A stretch of DNA of 64,000 nucleotides, taken from the NCBI GenBank assembly GCA_046757525.1, contig JBHHYI010000001.1, forward strand, positions 96,001 to 160,000, in the 5' to 3' direction. Shown piece after piece: positions 9,448 to 18,146 of the stretch. The notes under the pieces were generated by a model. It was not told the origin of the DNA, searched no databases, and saw only the letters and a list, made by a program, of their open reading frames with translations. The first letter of the stretch is position 1, and every line of letters starts with the position of its first letter. The position numbers and the translations under genes are program-made. This DNA comes from a bacterium. GTDB lineage: Bacteria; Zhuqueibacterota; Zhuqueibacteria; Oceanimicrobiales; Oceanimicrobiaceae.

Positions 9448-9504
9448 GGCTGTCCAAAAAGTCGCCTACGGCTGTCCTTCCCGATTCCGACTTTTTGGAC
9501 AGCC
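9448..9504. mobile_element. 57-bp miniature inverted-repeat element (possible collapsed IS ends)
   Basis: Perfect 17-bp IR GGCTGTCCAAAAAGTCG / CGACTTTTTGGACAGCC with 23-nt spacer. Confidence 0.55.
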
Positions 9505-9570
9505 CCAAGAATGTGGCCGCAGCTTAGTCGAATCCTTTTGTGCCTGGAGATTTTATATTCAAATAAGTAG

Positions 9571-9669
9571 GAGCTCAATCTCCGCACCTCTAGAGGCGTG
9601 GTGGTCAAGTATTTTCCACTGAAAACGGGTGAAGTAGATTATCTGCTCTTCGTGGATAGAAAAGCGGTC
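9571..9669 (+). pseudogene. hsdR: fragment of type I restriction endonuclease subunit R N-terminus
   Basis: ELNLRTSRGVVVKYFPLKTGEVDYLLFVDRKAV resembles HsdR ...GVAVREFPLKTGxADYLLFVDxKAVGVIEAK; in-frame TAG just before, similarity lost after. Confidence 0.65.
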
Positions 9670-9718
9670 AGCGGTGTCTTCAACCCGACCGACGAGTACT
9701 TGAAAAGAAGCACGATGT

Positions 9719-9884
9719 CCTTTGCGAAGGCTGAAGCAAGGCTTCAGCACTCCCAAGGCATGAGATGTTTTTAGGAGTGCGGGAGCCACGCTCCCGTCTT
9801 CGTTCGACCCCTGCTTCAGGTGTCCAAGTTGCACGCAAAGAAGCAGGATTGCCTTTGCAGAAGGCTGAAGCCACGCTCCCGCCT
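9719..9884. repeat. cluster of GGAG-footed REP-like palindromes
   Basis: Minus-strand GGAGTGCTGAAGCCTTGCTTCAGCC (9729-9753), plus-strand GGAGTGCGGGAGCCACGCTCCCG (9774-9796), chimeric copy near 9852-9881. Confidence 0.6.
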
Positions 9885-10063
9885 TAGGCAGAGTGGGAAT
9901 ACTCCAATTATTCTAACTGGTTCTGCTTACACAACGGTACGCGGTTGACCGAGAATTTATTGCGTACCTTTAGCTGAAAAATCCTTGATCTTTTTTAAAT
10001 AATTCTTAAATTAGGGCATGTTTCATCGAGGTCAGAAAGCAAAAGGCGGCGATGAGACCCATT

Positions 10064-10138
10064 GCCCCTATAGCTCAGTCTGGACAGAGCAGTGGTTTCC
10101 TAAACCATGTGTCGCAGGTTCGAGTCCTGCTAGGGGTA
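10064..10138 (+). tRNA. tRNA-Arg(CCT)
   Basis: Acceptor GCCCCTA/TAGGGGT; GTGGT-TTCCTAA-ACCAT. Confidence 0.96.
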
Positions 10139-10176
10139 CTCAAACTATCATTAACCGTTGAGGAGAACTGACAAAA

Positions 10177-10848
10177 ATGTTAAAACCCAAAAAACGATTG
10201 ACCAAGAGGAAAATCAAAGAAGACAAATTTGTAACTTACTATTTCAAGGCCAACGATTTTGTCAAGCAAAACAGCTCAAGAATCACCATGGCAGGCGTGG
10301 GTCTGTTAGCGGTGATTGTCGTGGGGCTCGTACTCGCCAACAGCAGGCGTGAAAAAGAAAAACAAGCTTCCGTGGAATTTGCCAAGGCCCGGTCCGAATA
10401 CGTGACGGCGAATTACAATCAGGCTATTAAGTTGCTGAATGACCTCATCGTCAATTATGGCAGCACCGACAAGGCAACGGTGGCGAAATTCTATTTGGCA
10501 AACGCTTACTTCAATGTTCGGAAATACGACGAGGCTGAAGAGTTTTTTGAAGAATACTTAGACTCCGGTAGCGATGAATTCTTAAAGAGCTCGGCGTTAG
10601 CTGGCGTGGCGGCCTGTCTGGAACAAAAGGGGGAATATGCCAGGGCTGCGGACAAGTACCGGGAAGCAGCCGAGAAGTACCGCAAAAGTTCTCTTTCGCC
10701 GCAAAACTTGTTTGACGCAGCCAGGTGTTACCAATTGGCCGGGGACACGAGTGCTGCGAGTAAGAGTTTAGAATTGCTGCTTGAGAAATTTCCAAGTGCC
10801 GGCATAAAAAGTGATGCCGAAGAATTATTAGCAGAGTTGAATCCTTAA
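10177..10848 (+). CDS. membrane-anchored TPR protein (YfgM-like)
   Basis: Basic N-terminus, one TM, several TPRs; GAGGAG RBS. Confidence 0.85.
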   Translation: MLKPKKRLTKRKIKEDKFVTYYFKANDFVKQNSSRITMAGVGLLAVIVVGLVLANSRREKEKQASVEFAKARSEYVTANYNQAIKLLNDLIVNYGSTDKATVAKFYLANAYFNVRKYDEAEEFFEEYLDSGSDEFLKSSALAGVAACLEQKGEYARAADKYREAAEKYRKSSLSPQNLFDAARCYQLAGDTSAASKSLELLLEKFPSAGIKSDAEELLAELNP

Positions 10849-10878
10849 GCCGTAGATACCTGCATATACAAAAATTAC

Positions 10879-10907
10879 TTGCAAAAACTAAATAATTTTG
10901 TTATATT
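10879..10907 (+). promoter_or_regulatory. sigma70 promoter of rimP-nusA-infB operon
   Basis: TTGCAA-N17-TATATT. Confidence 0.7.
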
Positions 10908-10917
10908 CTACACTTGG

Positions 10918-10943
10918 AAGTGGGTCAAACGACCCACTTTTTT
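10918..10943 (+). promoter_or_regulatory. rimP leader (terminator-like attenuator hairpin)
   Basis: AAGTGGGTC-AAAC-GACCCACTT plus T run directly upstream of rimP. Confidence 0.8.
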
Positions 10944-10960
10944 ATTGTAAGGATATTTAA

Positions 10961-11416
10961 GTGAAAGACGTCGTTCGAAAACTACGGCGGCTATTTTCGG
11001 CCATTTTAGATGAGCAAAAGATCGAACTGGTTGAGTTGCTGGTCAAAGGGAGCAAGAGCCATCCGGTGATCAAGGTTTTCGTAGACGAGGCGCGTGGAGG
11101 TATCACGCTGTCTAAGTGTGAGCAGCTAACTCGTCAATTCCTGGACGCGCTGGATGTGGAAAGCACCGTGCCAGGAAGTTACCGTTTAGAGGTCTCTTCT
11201 CCGGGTCTGGACCGCCCTTTGAGAACTCTCAGCGACTTTACGCGCAACATTGGCCAAGAGGTTAGAATCGTTTACCGGGAAAATCTGGAAGAATCTAACA
11301 TCCAAGGAAAAATCGAATGCACAATGCCAGGCATCGTTCGACTAAAATGCCAAGGCCGAGAGAAAGAAATTCCTATTTCACAAATTAAAGAGGGCAAAAT
11401 AAGATTGCCCTGGTAA
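10961..11416 (+). CDS. rimP: ribosome maturation factor RimP
   Basis: YRLEVSSPGLDRPL; precedes nusA. Confidence 0.95.
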   Translation: MKDVVRKLRRLFSAILDEQKIELVELLVKGSKSHPVIKVFVDEARGGITLSKCEQLTRQFLDALDVESTVPGSYRLEVSSPGLDRPLRTLSDFTRNIGQEVRIVYRENLEESNIQGKIECTMPGIVRLKCQGREKEIPISQIKEGKIRLPW

Positions 11417-11445
11417 TTGCGGGTTAATTGGAGGTTTGTTGCAGC

Positions 11446-12693
11446 ATGAAAAGCGAAATCGTTGAAGCTTTTTCTCAAATTGTGAAGGAGAAGAATATAG
11501 ACAAAGAGCTTCTTGGCGAAATCCTTGAAGGTACCATTCTTTCGATAATCAAGAAAAAGTATGGCAATGCAGACAATTTCGATATCTTTGTGAGCTCAGA
11601 TAAGGGTGAAATCGAAATTTACCAGAACAAAGTAATTGTGGAAAAGGTCGAAGATGAAGTCAGCGAGATTGACCTGGAATCTGCCCGGAAGGTTGCCCCG
11701 GACCTGGAGATCGGAGATGAGTATGTGGAGATCGTGAATCCGGCCAGTTTTGGGCGCAGATTGATCGTGTCGGCCAAACAAAACCTCAATCAAAAATTAA
11801 AAGATGCTGAGAAGGAAATCATCTTAGAGGACTTTCAAAAGCGCGTTGGTGAAATAATCATTGGCGACGTGCGGCAAATCAACAGAGACGAAATCTATTT
11901 AAACATTGAGAAGACAGAAGTGACCCTGCCGCGCAGAGAACAGATTCAAAGTGAAAGATACCGGCGGGGAGATCATATCCGGGTGATTGTCAAGGGTGTT
12001 TCGAAAACCAATCGCGGGTTGGAAATCATCGTGTCGCGGGCGGACCCAATGTTTGCCATCCGGCTTTTTGAATTAGAGGTGCCTGAGATTTATGATGGAA
12101 TCATCGAGATCAAAAGCGTAGCCCGTGAGCCTGGAGAACGGGCCAAGATCGCAGTAACCTCCAACGACAAACGGATTGATGCTTTGGGTGCGTGTGTGGG
12201 GATGAAAGGAATCCGGATTCAGGCGATCAGTCGCGAGTTGAATAATGAAAAAATCGACGTCATCAATTGGCACAGTGATCCGGGTATATTTATTTCAAGG
12301 TCGTTGAGCCCTGCCAAGGTGAGCAAAGTAATCGTGGACCAAAACAAAAAGAAAGCGATTGCTGTCCTTTCTGACAGCCAGGTGTCTCTGGCTATTGGCA
12401 GAGGTGGGCAAAACCGACGACTGGCCTCCAGGCTTACTGGCTATGACATTGAAATCATCAAAGAAAGCGATTATTTGAGAATCATGCAAACTGACCTTGA
12501 GGGGGATCACAACATTAGTTTGAAAGAAGTGGACGGTATCACACCAAGCGTCTTAAAGAAATTGACGGATGCCGACGTGGAGACTGTGGCAGACGTCATG
12601 AAATTGGGCAGAAAGGAATTAATGAAAATCCCTGGAATTGGAGAGAAGACTGCTCGAAAGATTCTCAAAAAGGTTAATTTTGTAAGTAACTGA
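11446..12693 (+). CDS. nusA: transcription factor NusA
   Basis: LFELEVPEI, AREPGERAKIAV, GACVGMKG, LAIGRGGQN; C-terminal HhH. Confidence 0.97.
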   Translation: MKSEIVEAFSQIVKEKNIDKELLGEILEGTILSIIKKKYGNADNFDIFVSSDKGEIEIYQNKVIVEKVEDEVSEIDLESARKVAPDLEIGDEYVEIVNPASFGRRLIVSAKQNLNQKLKDAEKEIILEDFQKRVGEIIIGDVRQINRDEIYLNIEKTEVTLPRREQIQSERYRRGDHIRVIVKGVSKTNRGLEIIVSRADPMFAIRLFELEVPEIYDGIIEIKSVAREPGERAKIAVTSNDKRIDALGACVGMKGIRIQAISRELNNEKIDVINWHSDPGIFISRSLSPAKVSKVIVDQNKKKAIAVLSDSQVSLAIGRGGQNRRLASRLTGYDIEIIKESDYLRIMQTDLEGDHNISLKEVDGITPSVLKKLTDADVETVADVMKLGRKELMKIPGIGEKTARKILKKVNFVSN

Positions 12694-12729
12694 TCGAGCT
12701 GAGCCTCAAAAAATAGTGGAGAAACTGAT

Positions 12730-15426
12730 TTGAGTGGTACACGCAGAGTATTTCAAGTCGCTCGAGAATTGCACATTTCGAACGAGGCGGCGATAAGTTT
12801 TCTGGGCAAATTGGATTCGAAGATTCATAATCAGATGAGTTCGGTGCCGGATTCGCTGTACGAAAAAATATGCCAAAAATACAACAGCGACAATATAGCG
12901 ACTGATGTTGAACAAGACTTTCGGCAACGCCTGAAAGACAAAAAGATATTAGATGAGCTGCGTCGAAGCAAAGCGCGCAAAGAATTAGAGGAGAGAATTA
13001 AAGTTGCCACCAGAATAGCTGAAGAGCGACCCAGGAGACGAAAGGAAGCGCAAGAAACTGCTGAGCAGAAGGCTGAAGAGCAACGTAAGCTTGCAGAACA
13101 AGAAAAGAAACTAAAAGAGGTCCAGGCCGAGAAAGTTGCAGAAAAACCAGAGGAGTTGTCCGTAGTTGAGCGAATATCGCGTGCGAAAAAGGAGATCGAG
13201 CGTCAGAACAAATTAGCAAAGGCTCAGAAGACAGGCGAGGAGAAAGAGGTTGGTGCACAAGAAGGGAAGAAGAAGGGAGTCGTTGCAAAAGAAAAGACAG
13301 CTTTAGAAGAGGGTGCCGGCCAGGAAAAAGTTGCGGCTGAAGTCAAAGTCAAGGCTGAAACGCCTGCCAAAACCAAAAAGGCGAGGAAAGGCAAGACAGA
13401 AGAGCAAGAAGTTGTCGCAACGGAAGCCAAGGACGAGAAAGAGAAAGAAAAAAAAGAAGAAAAAGAGTCGAAGAAAAAACTGGCTGGTACTGAGAAGCAA
13501 ACTCAGGAAAAAGGCAAACGCAAGAAAAAGAGGAAAAAGCGCAAAATCAGCGAGGAGGAGATCGAGGAGTCCATTCGTCAAACTCTGGCGGCAATGGAAG
13601 AAGTCAAGCCCAAGCGACGCAAACGCAAAGTTAAGGGTACCGAAGAGACAGAAGAAGTCGATGAAAATGTGATCAAGGTGAGTGAGTTTATCTCCACTGC
13701 GGAATTGGCTGACATGCTCAATGTTGAACCCACGGAAGTCATACAGAAGTGTTTGCAATTGGGCATGATGGTTTCCATAAACCAACGTCTCGACATGGAA
13801 ACCATTGTGTCCGTGGCCGATGAGTTTGGCTGCGAAGTGGAAATCGTTCAGGAGTATGGCGCGGACACCATTGATCACGAAGACCTTTTGGAGATCGATG
13901 AGGAGACTGCGGTTCCCCGCCATCCTGTGGTCACCATCATGGGGCACGTCGATCATGGCAAGACCTCTCTGTTGGATTATATTCGAAAAAGCAATATCAT
14001 AGCTGGTGAAGCTGGTAGCATTACTCAGCACATAGGAGCTTACGAAGTTCAGGTCGATGGCAGCGCCATAACCTTTCTGGACACACCAGGCCATGAGGCG
14101 TTTACCGCCATGCGTGCACGTGGCGCTCAGGTTACGGATCTGGTGGTCCTGATCGTCGCGGCCGACGATGGCGTGCAGCCTCAGACCATCGAGGCCATCA
14201 ATCACGCCAAAGCTGCGGGAGTTCCCATCGTCGTTGCGATCAACAAAATAGACAAACCTGCCGCGAACCCGGAGCAGTTGAAAAAGCAGCTTGCCGACAA
14301 CGATGTGCTGGTAGAGAGTTGGGGAGGAAAATACCAATCGGTAGAGATTTCGGCAAAGAAGGGGATTGGCATCGACAAGCTTCTGGAGATGATTCTTTTG
14401 GAAGCGGACATTCTGGAACTGAAAGCCAATCCGGAGCACAAAGCCCGCGGCATCATCATTGAAGCAAGACTGGACAAGGGGAAAGGTCCGGTGGCAACCG
14501 TGTTGGTGCAAAATGGCACTTTGAGAGTCGGCGATTCGTTTGTTTCCGGGCAGTTTAGCGGAAAAGTCAGGGCCATGTACAACGAACGCAACAAGAAAGT
14601 CACCAAGGCACCCCCGGCCACGCCGGTACAGGTGGTTGGATTCGACGGCGTACCCCAGGCCGGTGACACCTTTGTGGTCATGGACACCGAGCGGGAAGTG
14701 CGGGAGATAAGCATGAAGCGGCAACAACTGCGGCGGGAGCAAGATTTTCGCCGTGCGCGGCATGTCACCCTTGATCAGATTTCTCAGCGAATTCGTGAGG
14801 GCGTTGTTAAGGAGCTTAACCTCATTGTGAAAGCGGATGTGGATGGTTCGGCAGAGGCTCTCAGTGATGCTTTGATGAAACTTTCAAATGATGAGGTCTC
14901 TGTAAACGTCATTCACAAAGGCGTCGGCGGAATTTCGGAATCCGACATTCTGTTGGCCGCGGCCTCTCACGCGGTGATTGTTGGCTTTCACATTCGGCCT
15001 ACGCTGCAAGCCAGAGAATTGGCGGAGAAAGAAAATGTGGACATCCATCTGTATCGCGTCATTTACGACGCCGTCGAAGATGTCAAATTGGCCCTGGAAG
15101 GTATGCTTGAACCGGAAATCGTCGAGGAGATGACGGCTTCGGTGGAAGTCAGGGACATTTTCAAGGTACCGAAAACTGGCACGGTGGCCGGTTGTTACGT
15201 GCAGTCCGGCAAGATTAATCGCAACGATTTGGCCAAGATCTACCGGGATGATAAATTGCTGTACGAAACCAAGATCAAATCGTTGAAGCGTTTCAAGGAT
15301 GATGTGCGCGAAGTTGCAGCCGGCTTTGAGTGTGGCGTCGGTTTGGAGGGCTTTGACGACGTCAAGATTGGCGACATCATCGAATCGTACCAGCAAATCG
15401 AAACCAAACGGAAGCTGCAAATATGA
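12730..15426 (+). CDS. infB: translation initiation factor IF-2
   Basis: GHVDHGKTSLLD, DTPGHEAFTAMRARGA, NKID. Confidence 0.98.
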   Translation: MSGTRRVFQVARELHISNEAAISFLGKLDSKIHNQMSSVPDSLYEKICQKYNSDNIATDVEQDFRQRLKDKKILDELRRSKARKELEERIKVATRIAEERPRRRKEAQETAEQKAEEQRKLAEQEKKLKEVQAEKVAEKPEELSVVERISRAKKEIERQNKLAKAQKTGEEKEVGAQEGKKKGVVAKEKTALEEGAGQEKVAAEVKVKAETPAKTKKARKGKTEEQEVVATEAKDEKEKEKKEEKESKKKLAGTEKQTQEKGKRKKKRKKRKISEEEIEESIRQTLAAMEEVKPKRRKRKVKGTEETEEVDENVIKVSEFISTAELADMLNVEPTEVIQKCLQLGMMVSINQRLDMETIVSVADEFGCEVEIVQEYGADTIDHEDLLEIDEETAVPRHPVVTIMGHVDHGKTSLLDYIRKSNIIAGEAGSITQHIGAYEVQVDGSAITFLDTPGHEAFTAMRARGAQVTDLVVLIVAADDGVQPQTIEAINHAKAAGVPIVVAINKIDKPAANPEQLKKQLADNDVLVESWGGKYQSVEISAKKGIGIDKLLEMILLEADILELKANPEHKARGIIIEARLDKGKGPVATVLVQNGTLRVGDSFVSGQFSGKVRAMYNERNKKVTKAPPATPVQVVGFDGVPQAGDTFVVMDTEREVREISMKRQQLRREQDFRRARHVTLDQISQRIREGVVKELNLIVKADVDGSAEALSDALMKLSNDEVSVNVIHKGVGGISESDILLAAASHAVIVGFHIRPTLQARELAEKENVDIHLYRVIYDAVEDVKLALEGMLEPEIVEEMTASVEVRDIFKVPKTGTVAGCYVQSGKINRNDLAKIYRDDKLLYETKIKSLKRFKDDVREVAAGFECGVGLEGFDDVKIGDIIESYQQIETKRKLQI

Positions 15427-15455
15427 ACCCAACACCGGCTCAAAAGCGGTAGGCT

Positions 15456-15737
15456 ATGCTGATTGGCGTGTGTCGCATCGAATTGTTCGTACCTAATAGC
15501 AGTTCCTTGAAAGCCAAACGGTTCGTTCTGACCAGTATCAAGAAACGCATTCATAACAAGTTCAACGTTTCGGTTTCTGAAGTGGACAGCCATGACAAAT
15601 GGCAAAGGGTAACTCTGGGCCTATCGATGGTGTCGAATGAACGCAAACACATCGACGCCATCGTCAGTGAGATTCTCAAGTTCATCGAAATGGATGGCAG
15701 GATGGAGATAGTCAATCACTTAACCGAGATTTATTAG
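15456..15737 (+). CDS. DUF503 (YlxP) family protein
   Basis: SLKAKR...FNVSVSEVDSHDKWQR; between infB and rbfA. Confidence 0.92.
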   Translation: MLIGVCRIELFVPNSSSLKAKRFVLTSIKKRIHNKFNVSVSEVDSHDKWQRVTLGLSMVSNERKHIDAIVSEILKFIEMDGRMEIVNHLTEIY

Positions 15738-15739
15738 AG

Positions 15740-16099
15740 ATGTTAGAATATAAACGCTCACAGAGAGTGGCCGAACTTTTGCGCGAGGAGATTAGCAAGA
15801 TTGTTACCAATGAGCTCAAAGATCCCGACATTGGCCTGGCGACCATTACCCATGTTAGAGTGAGCGACAATCTTAGGTCAGCGCACATATTCGTTCAAGT
15901 TTATGGCGATGTTGAGAAGTCCCAAAAAAGTCTTTCGGGATTGCTGCGGGCCAGGAATTGGATCAGGAATGAGTTGGGGCACAGGTTGTCTCTGAAGTAT
16001 GTGCCTGAACTTACGTTTTGTTATGACGACACGCTGGAGTACGCTGAGAATATCGAATCTTTAATAAAGACCATACACGAGGGTGACGCGGACGGATAA
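15740..16099 (+). CDS. rbfA: ribosome-binding factor A
   Basis: RSQRVAELLREEIS, LKYVPELTF. Confidence 0.95.
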   Translation: MLEYKRSQRVAELLREEISKIVTNELKDPDIGLATITHVRVSDNLRSAHIFVQVYGDVEKSQKSLSGLLRARNWIRNELGHRLSLKYVPELTFCYDDTLEYAENIESLIKTIHEGDADG

Positions 16100-16790
16100 A
16101 GCCACAGCAATTTCCCAAGGGGCGCATTTTGATTTTGAAAGGGGCGAAGTACTCAACATCAACAAGCCGGAGAATTGCACTTCGTTTGATGTCGTAAAGA
16201 GAATTCGCGCGCTGGTTGCAGTGAAAAAAGTGGGGCATGCTGGTACGCTGGACCCATTTGCACGGGGGGTTCTTTTGATTTGCACCGGGAAGGCCACCAA
16301 GCGCGTCTCGGACTTAGTGGACTGTGACAAAGAGTATCTCGCCACCATTGAACTGGGCAAAGTCACCGACACGCTGGACCGAACCGGCACCATAATCAGG
16401 GAAACCGTCCCCCCGGTGTTTGATCGGGCGACCATTCTGAGGGTTTGCAACCAGTTTACAGGCGAGATATGGCAGACCCCGCCAATGTATTCGGCCATCA
16501 AAATAAAGGGCCAGAGGCTGTATGATTTGGCTCGCCGCGGCATGGTGGTCGACAGAAAGCCCAGAAAGGTGACCATTCACCATATTGAATTGCTCAACTT
16601 TGATTCCCCGCGGATGGAACTCAGAGTAACATGTTCCAAGGGGACCTATATTCGCGCTTTGGCTTACGACATCGGAGAAGAATTAGGTTGCGGGGCACAT
16701 TTGAACGAACTGGTTCGTACGCGCATTGGACCGTACAAACTTGAGAATGCTTTTACTTTAAACAGATTTGAACGATTGTTGGCACATTAG
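16083..16790 (+). CDS. truB: tRNA pseudouridine(55) synthase (short form)
   Basis: KVGHAGTLDP, PPMYSAIK, CSKGTYIR. Confidence 0.96.
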   Translation: MTRTDKATAISQGAHFDFERGEVLNINKPENCTSFDVVKRIRALVAVKKVGHAGTLDPFARGVLLICTGKATKRVSDLVDCDKEYLATIELGKVTDTLDRTGTIIRETVPPVFDRATILRVCNQFTGEIWQTPPMYSAIKIKGQRLYDLARRGMVVDRKPRKVTIHHIELLNFDSPRMELRVTCSKGTYIRALAYDIGEELGCGAHLNELVRTRIGPYKLENAFTLNRFERLLAH

Positions 16791-16801
16791 ATTTGAATTA
16801 C

Positions 16802-17740
16802 ATGGAAATCTATCCGGACCTCAACAGCGTCAAAAAGAATTCGAACTCGGTGATAACCGTTGGCACTTTCGATGGGGTTCACTTAGGACATCAGTTTATT
16901 CTGGAGGAATTAAAAAAGAGAGCTATCCGGCGGGGTGCAGCTTCCACCTTAGTGACTTTCAAGCCACATCCACAACTGGTGCTCAACAGCAAGAAACCAG
17001 ATCTCAAAATTTTGACGACCCTTGAGGAAAAGATCGAAATTCTGTCCCAGATTCAATTGGATCGAGTGATCATCATTCCCTTTACCAGAGAGTTTGCCAA
17101 AACGCCGTCGCACGATTTCGTACGCACGATTCTGTTCGACACCATCGGATTCAAGGAAATAGTCGTGGGCCATGACCATGCCTTTGGCAAAGATCGGGAA
17201 GGCGACATGAGTACTTTGCGGGCCATGGCTGATGAATTAGGGTTTTCAGTAGACAATTTGCCGGGGTACCAATTGGACGGGACGGTCATTAGCAGCACAA
17301 AAATAAGAAATCTGATTGCCGGCGACAATATCAAAGAAGCTAACAAACTCTTAGCCAGAAATTACTTTTTCAGTGGCAAAGTAGTCCCGGGAGATGGCCG
17401 CGGCGCCAGACAAAATTTTCCGACCGCTAATCTTCAAATCGATTCGGAAGACAAATTGATTCCCCCCGATGGCGTCTATGCCGTACATGTGCGTCTAAGC
17501 GGAGAACAATATCACGGTATGATGAACATCGGTGTCCGACCCACGTTTGGAGAGCGTCAGCACACCATTGAAGTCCATATTTTCAATTTTGACCAGGACA
17601 TTTACGGAGAAACCTTGAGAATTGAATGCGTTGAAAAGATCAGAAATGAGATTCATTTCTCCAATCCAGGTGAATTGGTAAAACAATTAGAGAAAGACAA
17701 AACCCATTGCGTAACCCTATTAAGAGAACAGGAGGCATGA
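16802..17740 (+). CDS. ribF: riboflavin kinase/FAD synthetase
   Basis: [31 protein letters not shown]. Confidence 0.97.
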   Translation: MEIYPDLNSVKKNSNSVITVGTFDGVHLGHQFILEELKKRAIRRGAASTLVTFKPHPQLVLNSKKPDLKILTTLEEKIEILSQIQLDRVIIIPFTREFAKTPSHDFVRTILFDTIGFKEIVVGHDHAFGKDREGDMSTLRAMADELGFSVDNLPGYQLDGTVISSTKIRNLIAGDNIKEANKLLARNYFFSGKVVPGDGRGARQNFPTANLQIDSEDKLIPPDGVYAVHVRLSGEQYHGMMNIGVRPTFGERQHTIEVHIFNFDQDIYGETLRIECVEKIRNEIHFSNPGELVKQLEKDKTHCVTLLREQEA

Positions 17741-18009
17741 TGGCCCTTAGCTCAGAAGAAAAACGTACGCTCATTAAAGAATATGGCGATAGCGAAAAGG
17801 ACTCGGGAAAAACCGAAGTGCAAATAGCCATGCTGACCAAAAGAATCAACCAGCTAACGCCACATTTCAATGAGCACAAAAAAGACCACCATTCACGACG
17901 GGGGTTGCTCAAGATGGTCGGCAAGAGAAGGAGATTGTTAGACTATCTGGCGAAGAAAGATATCGAACGGTATCGCAAGGTCATTAAACAATTGGGCATT
18001 AGGCGGTGA
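17740..18009 (+). CDS. rpsO: 30S ribosomal protein S15
   Basis: [32 protein letters not shown]; 89 aa. Confidence 0.98.
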   Translation: MALSSEEKRTLIKEYGDSEKDSGKTEVQIAMLTKRINQLTPHFNEHKKDHHSRRGLLKMVGKRRRLLDYLAKKDIERYRKVIKQLGIRR

Positions 18010-18146
18010 CGCCGTCACAGAATGCCGGTTTAGTGGGCTCGGGGCTTTTGAGCTGAGTTTGCGGTATCTTCAAGACCGAGGACCTCTGGCAGAAAAGAGC
18101 AGGCCCGATTAATAACGTGGTACAACTTAAAGGAGTTGCTTTGGAC

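Noticed and set aside
10021..10057. Hairpin in the tRNA-Arg leader as a riboswitch or SRP RNA
   Set aside because: Only an 8-bp stem and no match to a consensus I recognise.
13303..14763. 486-aa minus-strand ORF
   Set aside because: Antisense shadow of infB with no recognisable motifs.
18030..18110. Possible RNase III stem in the pnp leader
   Set aside because: Pairing is imperfect by eye; expected biology and not supportable without folding.
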